This document shows, piece after piece, positions 56,402-64,000 of a stretch of 64,000 nt of DNA. This DNA comes from a virus. The notes beneath the pieces were generated by a model. That model was given only the letters and a program-made list of their open reading frames with translations, was not told the origin of the DNA and searched no databases. The position numbers and the translations under genes were made by a program. Each line of letters starts with the position of its first letter. Position 1 is the stretch's first letter. The stretch covers positions 32,161 to 96,160 of IMG/VR virus record IMGVR_UViG_3300040856_003829. One strand, given 5' to 3'.

Positions 56402-56890
56402 ATGGCAAATTTAAAAATTTCTGAATTACCTGAAACACTTTCTGCGGATACGACAGATGTATTTGCAATAGTAAATAATAGTCAAACTAAAAAAATAACA
56501 TTCGAAAACTTATATGAAGATATTCCAACATTAAATTCTGAAAGACAATCTAATACTTTTTTAGTACCTACTGTTGTAACTGGTAGTTCAGGTAGTAACC
56601 ATTATATAAGTGGAATGAGTGAAACCGCACTTATACGTTTAGCATTTACTGGCGGTAATGGTACTGCAAATTTATTTTTACCAGACGCAACAACTAACAC
56701 AAATAGATGTATTAGAATTATTGGTGATGGCACTATAGATAATCAACATACTTTCGATGTTACACCTTCATTTGGTCAGAATTTAGATGGTTCTACAGGT
56801 TCATACAATATAGGCACAAATAAATCTTACGATGGTGTTATGGTTTGGACTGACGGTATTGAATGGTTCAGAATACAAAGTAAAGGATAA
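56402..56890 (+). CDS. Tail fibre/appendage-type virion protein
   Basis: MANLKISELP...FAIV....TKKITF.NL N-terminal module typical of phage fibre proteins. Confidence 0.6.
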   Translation: MANLKISELPETLSADTTDVFAIVNNSQTKKITFENLYEDIPTLNSERQSNTFLVPTVVTGSSGSNHYISGMSETALIRLAFTGGNGTANLFLPDATTNTNRCIRIIGDGTIDNQHTFDVTPSFGQNLDGSTGSYNIGTNKSYDGVMVWTDGIEWFRIQSKG

Positions 56891-56910
56891 AAATATAGAT
56901 ACATTTCAAA

Positions 56911-59900
56911 GTGGAATTTTACATAAAAAAAGGAAGTACATTACCAATTCTAAGTTATGAAGTTACCGAAGACGGCATCAATAATTTAGATGCATTATTA
57001 AATGAACAAAATTATGTATGTAAATTTTCTCTTTTAAAAAAAGATGGTACTTTCGTAATTTTTCAAAAGCCAGCCCAGGTTGAGATGAGAAAAGACGGAA
57101 TTAAGGACGGTCTTTTTTTAACTTATAAGTTTAATAAAAAAGAAACTTCAGTTAGTGGTGATTATTATGGACAATTTCATTTGTATAGTATCGATGGTGA
57201 AAGGTTTTTCAAAAGAGAGGGTAAAATACCTATATTTATTTTAGACTCAATCTCTGATAATGATTTATGTTGTAAAGGAGATAAAACTAATTACGACACT
57301 ATTATAGTCTCAGAAACACCAAGAAGAACTCCAACAGGTACACCTTCAATAACATCAACACCAGCACAAACAGTAACACCTTCAGTCACTAACACACCAA
57401 ATATGACTTATTCATTTGGTGTTATTACTAGAGTTTGTGATGATGTAAGTTTTAATGTTATAGCACCTCAACTATATTTAATTAACGGTAATTATATGTC
57501 ATTTTATGGTGACTGTTATTTAATCTCAGATGTAGGTGTAATTGCAACCTATGATTTTATTATTACAGCATCAGAAATAGATCTTTATGATGAAGAATCA
57601 AACTGTACATCATTATATCCGTGTATTACACCCACACCATCACCAACAAATACTCAAACACCTTCAATAACTGCTTCAAATACACCAACACCTTCAATAA
57701 CTGCAACTCATACTCTAACACCTTCAATAACTGCAACTAATACTCAAACACCGACCAACACCACCACCACAACTTTAACCGCAACACAAACATCGACACC
57801 ATCTACTACCACAACTTTAACTGCAACACAAACACAAACGATTACGCAAACACCAACAAATACTCAAACACCTACATTTACTTTAACTCATTCACAGACC
57901 GCAACAAATACACCAACAAATACTCAAACGCCTTCAATAACCGCAACAAATACACCAACACCAACTCCATCATATACTGTAGGGGGAACCCCACTTCCAA
58001 CACCTACATTAACTTTAACCAATACGGAAACTCCAACATTTACACCTACTAATTCTGAAACTCCGACCCATACACCAACAAACACACTAACACACACACC
58101 AACATATACCCCTACAAATACAGTAACTAATTCTGAAACACCAACGTTTACACCAACTGGGACAATTAATGAAACCCCAACACTAACACCAACACAATCA
58201 GAAACACCGACAAATACTAGTACAAATACACCCACCAACACTCAAACTTCAACGTACACACCTAGCCCAACAATCACATCTACAGTAACACCAACACAAT
58301 CATCAACACCACCAGATACTGACTACGTATATGCATTCGTCTTAGCACATGATGATATTTTAGATGCTACTTTTAATGACAATAGTACTGAAAGACTTAA
58401 CGACAATACTGAAATCGATGTGTTTAGAATTTCTAGAGATTCTAGAACTTATATACCAACAAATGATTCAAAAAATTCTGCAGAAATAGATCTAGATTTA
58501 AGTAATTTTAATAGAATAAAAGATTCAAGTTTTAACCGTATAGTAATTGAATTACCAAAACTTGGTGATGAGTATGGCACATATCAAAAGGTATCTATTG
58601 AGCCCGTAGATATATTACCAGACAATATTCCATTTTCTATTGGTAATAACAACAGTATTATTAATAATTTCTACACCAAAAAGTATATACAATCTTATAA
58701 CATATATAACTCATCAAGTGAAAGACTAGGTATATTTGTCGCGTTCGGTGATAAACTTTTTGCCCAATATAGAGATGGTGATCAATCAATAGAGTTGATA
58801 AAAAGACCAGATATTAATTATGATGATAAATATATATTACAAAACACACTTGACTTAAAAAATCCTGGGGAGTTTACTTGCGGGGCACCGGAATCGACAG
58901 AAGAAAATATTGTAAATAGTATTCAAGAATCTGCAAGATCCTCAACACCAGAAAACGGATATTGTATAAGAACATGTATTGATGTTGATTACGCAACATA
59001 TAATTATTTTAATGGTAATGAAGAAGAAATTCTTATTTGGGTATCATCAATTTGTGTGGGTGCAATTTCAATATATCTAGACACATGGGATGGATTAGTA
59101 AACTGGCAGATTTCCTTAATTCACCTTTGGGATACGCAGGATCCTATCATGATAGAACCTGGACCTGTAGAAGGTAATACTTTCTTAAATAGAACCAGAA
59201 ATGCGTGGAATGATATCGATACATTATCTCAATTATATCTAGAATATGATTTACATATTGTTTATACCTTTACTATTTTAAGTCAAAATTTACAAGGACC
59301 ATTTGGACCTAACTCTTCAGGGTTACTAGGTTCTGCATATCCTGATATGGTTTGTAAAGATAATGTACCATTTATAACCGCAAATGTTGGTATATCATAC
59401 CAGTTATGGCCTGAGGGTGTAAGTGAACAAAACACTCTTACTTTAGCACATGAATGGGGACATTTAATCGGATTTAATCATACCCAGAGTTCTCAATTCG
59501 GTAGAGGATGGGTAGAGTTTAAAGATCTTACGGGTGCACCAGACCCAATAGAAAGTTCTAGTTACGGTTGTTACCCTCCAGGTACTTGTGATAGTACGTG
59601 TGGTGATATTATGAGTTACTGTTTTACTGGTAGGTTACTAGAATTCCACCCAGTCCTAGTTGAGTTTTTGCCGTTCCATATGGATTTTATAAATGCAAAG
59701 TGTTTATTGACCGACACTATTTGTACCGTACCACCCACAACTGAACAACTTAATTCACTGTCCTATTATATGGGTGACCTTCAATTTACCTTCCATATTA
59801 ACTATTACTCTACTAGCCTTAACAAATTAACCAAATACCTCGATTGGCCAGGGTTTTTATTAGGTACACAGAGAGGATCACAATTAATACAAATCCCAGT

Positions 59901-60603
59901 AAATGATGATGGTACGTTTGGTACTTTTAATATTCCAGGTTCAACATTAAGTTACGGTGAATTTACAGTTATTATAGTAACAAAATCCATGGGATATAAT
60001 GATTCAACTATTATGGGTAATATTGAAATAAATTATGACAATGGATCTACTTACTATTCATACGAAACTTTGGATGTATTTTACGGATATCATATAGATT
60101 ATAATGGATTTAGTATTGACAATACTAATAATTATAGGGTTCTTTTCTCCCCTTCTATGATTTTTAATAATAGTAATCCAACAATAACATATAAAATAAG
60201 GGGTGGTAATATGATTGAGTATGACCAATCAGTAGGATCGGATAATTCCCCCAACTATTTTGGTATATGTCTTTACAATGAAGAAAATGTTGTTGCAATT
60301 ACGGGATCAAATGTTGAAGATACCACCAGACCTAGTTTTAATCGTAGTCTTAATAAATCTTATATAATATATTTACCCGGAGATACTTATGTTGGTAATC
60401 TCTTTGACTATCCTGTTTTAGTTCCAGACGTACCCGAAAACTGGTTTTGTGTAAATTTGTGGGAAGGATCGATTTCCATCGAAACTTTAACCGTTTGGAA
60501 TAGTGACGTATTGTACACTTGGTACGCTGATAATTGTAATGATAGTTTATGTGGATTAGATCCTACAATAGGTTTACCTCCTTTAACACCGATAAACATT
60601 TAA
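56911..60603 (+). CDS. Mucin-like virion appendage protein with a metzincin (M12B/reprolysin-like) protease domain
   Basis: [11 protein letters not shown]-terminal (BppU-like) anchor, ~230 aa Thr/Pro tract, [19 protein letters not shown] Met-turn; GTG start. Confidence 0.8.
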   Translation: MEFYIKKGSTLPILSYEVTEDGINNLDALLNEQNYVCKFSLLKKDGTFVIFQKPAQVEMRKDGIKDGLFLTYKFNKKETSVSGDYYGQFHLYSIDGERFFKREGKIPIFILDSISDNDLCCKGDKTNYDTIIVSETPRRTPTGTPSITSTPAQTVTPSVTNTPNMTYSFGVITRVCDDVSFNVIAPQLYLINGNYMSFYGDCYLISDVGVIATYDFIITASEIDLYDEESNCTSLYPCITPTPSPTNTQTPSITASNTPTPSITATHTLTPSITATNTQTPTNTTTTTLTATQTSTPSTTTTLTATQTQTITQTPTNTQTPTFTLTHSQTATNTPTNTQTPSITATNTPTPTPSYTVGGTPLPTPTLTLTNTETPTFTPTNSETPTHTPTNTLTHTPTYTPTNTVTNSETPTFTPTGTINETPTLTPTQSETPTNTSTNTPTNTQTSTYTPSPTITSTVTPTQSSTPPDTDYVYAFVLAHDDILDATFNDNSTERLNDNTEIDVFRISRDSRTYIPTNDSKNSAEIDLDLSNFNRIKDSSFNRIVIELPKLGDEYGTYQKVSIEPVDILPDNIPFSIGNNNSIINNFYTKKYIQSYNIYNSSSERLGIFVAFGDKLFAQYRDGDQSIELIKRPDINYDDKYILQNTLDLKNPGEFTCGAPESTEENIVNSIQESARSSTPENGYCIRTCIDVDYATYNYFNGNEEEILIWVSSICVGAISIYLDTWDGLVNWQISLIHLWDTQDPIMIEPGPVEGNTFLNRTRNAWNDIDTLSQLYLEYDLHIVYTFTILSQNLQGPFGPNSSGLLGSAYPDMVCKDNVPFITANVGISYQLWPEGVSEQNTLTLAHEWGHLIGFNHTQSSQFGRGWVEFKDLTGAPDPIESSSYGCYPPGTCDSTCGDIMSYCFTGRLLEFHPVLVEFLPFHMDFINAKCLLTDTICTVPPTTEQLNSLSYYMGDLQFTFHINYYSTSLNKLTKYLDWPGFLLGTQRGSQLIQIPVNDDGTFGTFNIPGSTLSYGEFTVIIVTKSMGYNDSTIMGNIEINYDNGSTYYSYETLDVFYGYHIDYNGFSIDNTNNYRVLFSPSMIFNNSNPTITYKIRGGNMIEYDQSVGSDNSPNYFGICLYNEENVVAITGSNVEDTTRPSFNRSLNKSYIIYLPGDTYVGNLFDYPVLVPDVPENWFCVNLWEGSISIETLTVWNSDVLYTWYADNCNDSLCGLDPTIGLPPLTPINI
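57625..58320 (+). repeat. Degenerate coding repeats encoding a Thr/Pro/Ser-rich linker
   Basis: Units such as TPSITA.NT and [10 protein letters not shown]. Confidence 0.8.
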
Positions 60604-60614
60604 AAAAACGATGT

Positions 60615-63600
60615 ATGGATTTTTATATTAGAAAAAATAGTACATTACCAGTTTTAAAGATGGAGATCCCTGATCTACCATCTTTTGATCTTAATAGTGC
60701 TTCTTCTTTTTTTAATCTAAAATTTAAATCCCAAGACAAATACAAAATATTTAATAAACCCGCAAATATTTTTTTTTCTGATGGATTGTATTATGTTGAA
60801 TTTAAATTCAATAAGAAGGAAACAAATTTTTCCGGGTCATTTGAAGGTGAATTTATTCTCAAACAAGGGGAAAACAAAATAAAAATTCCTACGGATGATG
60901 ACATCACTGTTGAGATCACAGATTCGTTTAGTAATGTGGATGCCTGTTGTAAACCACAAGAAGTTACGATAAGCGTAGTTCCAGGTATAACCCCTAAAAG
61001 AATAATTGTCACTGATACACCAAAAAGAACACCAACAAAAACTCCAAAAATAACTAATACACCAACAAATACAAAAACAAGTACAAATACACCAACATTC
61101 ACTCCAACTAATACCTTGACTCCAACTCATACTTCGACTAACACAAATACCCCAACAAATACCCCAACATTTAGACCTACTAAAACACCTACTAACACAA
61201 TAACTTCAAACGAAACCCCTACTTTAACTCCGACTAATACAAATACACCCACATTTACCCCAACTAACACTATTACCAAGACAGTGACAAATACAATAAC
61301 TAATACAATCACTAGTACTGAAACACCGACATTTACACCAACTAATACTACTACAAATACTGAAACACCCACATTTACACCAACTAATACTGTCACAAAT
61401 ACTGAGACTCCAACATTTACCCCAACTAATACTATTACAAATACCGTAACTAATACTGTTACGAGAACTGAAACACCAACATTTACACCAACTAATACAG
61501 TAACAAGTACAGAAACGCCAACATATACTCCAACTAATACGATCACAAATACAGTTACAAGAACTGAAACTCCAACATTTACTTCAACAAATACTTCTAC
61601 AAATACTGAAACTCCTACATTCACTCCAACTAATACTGCCACAAATACTGAAACCCCTACATTCACTCCAACTAATACAGTAACTAATACTGAAACACCA
61701 ACATTTACCCCAACTAATACGATCACAAATACTGTAACAAGTACTGAAACGCCAACATATACACCGACTAATACGATTACAAGTACAGAAACACCAACAT
61801 TCACTCCAACTAATACAATAACGAAAACTGAAACACCTACGTTTACTCCAACAAAGACTATCACACAGACCCCTGGTGGATCCCCAGCAGCCACTCCAAC
61901 ATTTACCCCAACTAATACTATTACAAGTACTGAGACTCCAACATTTACTCCGACTAATACAATTACAAGTACTGAGACTCCAACATTTACCCCAACTAAT
62001 ACTATTACCAATACTGTTACCAGTACAGAAACTCCAACATTTACTCCAACTAATACTATTACCAATACTGAAACACCAACATTTACTCCAACTAATACTC
62101 CAACTAATACTATTACAAATACTGAAACTCCAACATATACTCCGACTAATACGATTACAAGTACTGAGACACCTACATTTACACCAACAAATACTATTAC
62201 CAGTACCGAAACACCAACATTCACTCCAACTAATACTATTACGAGAACTGAAACTCCAACATTCACACCAACTAATACGATCACAAATAGTGTTACCAGT
62301 ACAGAAACACCAACATATACACCGACTAATACTATTACCAATACTGAAACACCAACATTTACCCCAACAAATACTGTCACCAGTACTGAAACACCAACAT
62401 TTACTCCAACTAATACTATTACACAAACACCTGGTGGATCCCCAGCCGTTACTCCAACATTTACTCCGACTAATACGATTACAAGTACTGAGACTCCAAC
62501 ATTTACTCCAACAAATACGATCACAAATACTGTTACTAGTACTGAAACACCTACATTTACCCCAACTAATACTATTACCAGTACAGAAACGCCAACATAT
62601 ACACCAACGTTTACTCCGACTAATACTGTTACCAATACTGTTACCAGCACTGAAACGCCAACATATACTCCAACAAATACCCCAACTAATACTATAACTA
62701 AAACAGTCACTAGTACTGAAACACCTACATTTACTCCAACTAACACCTTGACACCATCCCCCACAATGCCTGACGGAGACTTTATATTACAAGAAAATAG
62801 TTTTGCCATTTTACAAGAAGACAACGATTTATTAATTATCGATTATCCTCCTACCCCAACCCCAACCCCTACTTTGTCTGAAACCCCAACTTTAACTCCA
62901 ACAAATACTATAACGAAAACTGAAACACCTACGTTTACTCCAACTAATACAATTACTAATACTGTTACGAATACTGAAACTCCGACATTTACTCCGACTA
63001 ATACTATTACCAATACAATTACCAGTACGGAAACTCCAACATTTACCCCAACAAATACGGTTACTAGTTCTGAAACTCCAACATTTACGCCAACTAATAC
63101 GATCACAAATACTAAAACTCCTACATATACACCGACCAATACTGTAACCAGTACTGAAACTCCAACATTTACACCAACTAACACTGTCACAAACACTGAA
63201 ACACCCACATTTACACCAACTAATACAGTGACAAGTACTGAAACACCTACGTTTACTCCTACTAATACAATTACAAATACTATTACCAATACTGAAACAC
63301 CAACATTCACTCCAACTAATACTATTACCAATACTGTTACCAGCACTGAAACACCAACATTTACTCCAACTAACACAATAACTAATACTGAAACGCCTAC
63401 GTTTACTCCAACTAACACAATAACTAATACTGTTACCAATACTGAAACTCCAACATTTACACCAACTAATACTATTACCAGAACTGAGACACCTACGTTT
63501 ACACCAACTAACACAATAACTAACACAATAACTAATACAGAAACACCAACATTTACCCCAACTAATACAATAACGAATTCTGAAACGCCAACATTTACAC

Positions 63601-64000
63601 CAACAAATACGATCACAAACACTGTTACGAATACTGAAACTCCGACATTTACCCCAACTAATACTGTTACCAGTACAGAAACGCCAACATTCACTCCAAC
63701 TAATACAATAACGAATTCTGAAACGCCAACGTTTACTCCAACTAACACAATAACTAATACAGAAACACCAACATTCACTCCAACAAATACGATCACAAAT
63801 ACTGTTACCAGTACAGAAACTCCTACGTTTACTCCAACTAACACTGTTACGAGAACTGAAACACCAACATTCACTCCAACAAATACGATCACTAGTACTG
63901 TAACCAGTACAGAAACTCCTACGTTTACTCCAACTAATACTATTACCAGTACAGAAACGCCAACATATACACCAACGTTTACTCCGACTAATACTGTTAC
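60615..64000 (+). CDS. Giant mucin-like Thr/Pro repeat virion protein (>1128 aa, 3'-truncated by the window; missing from the ORF track)
   Basis: ATG 60615 [18 protein letters not shown]...CCK...[12 protein letters not shown], paralogous to the 56911 protein; same frame confirmed at 62766 and at the window end. Confidence 0.88.
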   Translation, partial: MDFYIRKNSTLPVLKMEIPDLPSFDLNSASSFFNLKFKSQDKYKIFNKPANIFFSDGLYYVEFKFNKKETNFSGSFEGEFILKQGENKIKIPTDDDITVEITDSFSNVDACCKPQEVTISVVPGITPKRIIVTDTPKRTPTKTPKITNTPTNTKTSTNTPTFTPTNTLTPTHTSTNTNTPTNTPTFRPTKTPTNTITSNETPTLTPTNTNTPTFTPTNTITKTVTNTITNTITSTETPTFTPTNTTTNTETPTFTPTNTVTNTETPTFTPTNTITNTVTNTVTRTETPTFTPTNTVTSTETPTYTPTNTITNTVTRTETPTFTSTNTSTNTETPTFTPTNTATNTETPTFTPTNTVTNTETPTFTPTNTITNTVTSTETPTYTPTNTITSTETPTFTPTNTITKTETPTFTPTKTITQTPGGSPAATPTFTPTNTITSTETPTFTPTNTITSTETPTFTPTNTITNTVTSTETPTFTPTNTITNTETPTFTPTNTPTNTITNTETPTYTPTNTITSTETPTFTPTNTITSTETPTFTPTNTITRTETPTFTPTNTITNSVTSTETPTYTPTNTITNTETPTFTPTNTVTSTETPTFTPTNTITQTPGGSPAVTPTFTPTNTITSTETPTFTPTNTITNTVTSTETPTFTPTNTITSTETPTYTPTFTPTNTVTNTVTSTETPTYTPTNTPTNTITKTVTSTETPTFTPTNTLTPSPTMPDGDFILQENSFAILQEDNDLLIIDYPPTPTPTPTLSETPTLTPTNTITKTETPTFTPTNTITNTVTNTETPTFTPTNTITNTITSTETPTFTPTNTVTSSETPTFTPTNTITNTKTPTYTPTNTVTSTETPTFTPTNTVTNTETPTFTPTNTVTSTETPTFTPTNTITNTITNTETPTFTPTNTITNTVTSTETPTFTPTNTITNTETPTFTPTNTITNTVTNTETPTFTPTNTITRTETPTFTPTNTITNTITNTETPTFTPTNTITNSETPTFTPTNTITNTVTNTETPTFTPTNTVTSTETPTFTPTNTITNSETPTFTPTNTITNTETPTFTPTNTITNTVTSTETPTFTPTNTVTRTETPTFTPTNTITSTVTSTETPTFTPTNTITSTETPTYTPTFTPTNTV
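61010..64000 (+). repeat. Tandem 42-nt / 54-nt coding repeats, ETPT(F/Y)TPTNT(I/V)T[NT(V/I)T](N/S/R/K)T
   Basis: Dozens of units varying mainly at third codon positions; interrupted by QTPGGSPA twice and by a DFILQE...ILQE block. Confidence 0.92.

Noticed and set aside
7669-56468. Numerous 60-150 aa ORFs nested in or antisense to long genes (for example 7669, 9672, 24449, 27410, 38795)
   Set aside because: Fully overlapped by well-supported genes, with no motifs or expression signals
57924-58241. Val/Gly-rich minus-strand ORF
   Set aside because: Antisense shadow of the Thr/Pro tract in 56911-60603
61127-63892. Long Val/Gly/Leu-rich minus-strand ORFs (61127-62824, 62843-63892) and off-frame ORFs (61584-62426, 61876-62697)
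   Set aside because: Shadows of the plus-strand Thr/Pro repeat gene, which has a real N-terminal domain paralogous to the 56911 protein
61010-64000. Possible CRISPR array
   Set aside because: Units are contiguous multiples of 3 with synonymous variation and no unique spacers; no cas genes are present
1-64000. Stop-codon reassignment as seen in some huge phages
   Set aside because: Core genes are full length under code 11, coding density is high, and TAA, TGA and TAG all appear to end genes

Overview
AT-rich 64 kb segment of a large (jumbo/huge) T4-like tailed phage, read with standard code 11. Several lines point to a Bacteroidota host, probably Flavobacteria-like: TTTG-N20-TAnnTTTG promoters, no Shine-Dalgarno sites, and Bacteroidota-type bS21, tmRNA tag, ClpC and DUF4494. 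Layout: 1-11 kb, probable internal head or ejection proteins (PPK2 fusion, OmpA-like and peptidoglycan-binding proteins). 11-17 kb, HNH, tmRNA, M20/M28 peptidase, N-domain-less ClpC, Hsp20, KTSC and a nucleotidyltransferase. 17-31 kb, the head module (TerL, portal, antisense ribosomal protein bS21, prohead protease, scaffold, major capsid). 32-54 kb, a long minus-strand block with baseplate/virion genes, a gp55-like late sigma factor and a glycosylation cluster (about 7 glycosyltransferases including a Fringe/GT31-like enzyme, Gmd, Fcl, an Rmd-like enzyme, a heptose kinase), plus PhoH, dUTPase, an exonuclease and a WYL protein. 54-64 kb, virion appendage genes, including two paralogous Thr/Pro-rich mucin-like proteins. 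One carries a metzincin protease; the other (>1128 aa) is absent from the ORF track. A TATTTAT late-promoter-like motif precedes 19 genes. The best novel-system candidates are (i) phage-encoded glycosylation of mucin-like virion fibres, (ii) a translation-rescue and proteostasis kit (tmRNA with a long tag, ClpC, peptidase, Hsp20, bS21), and (iii) a shared head-targeting leader on diverse cargo proteins. All product calls come from motif recognition by eye; no searches were run.
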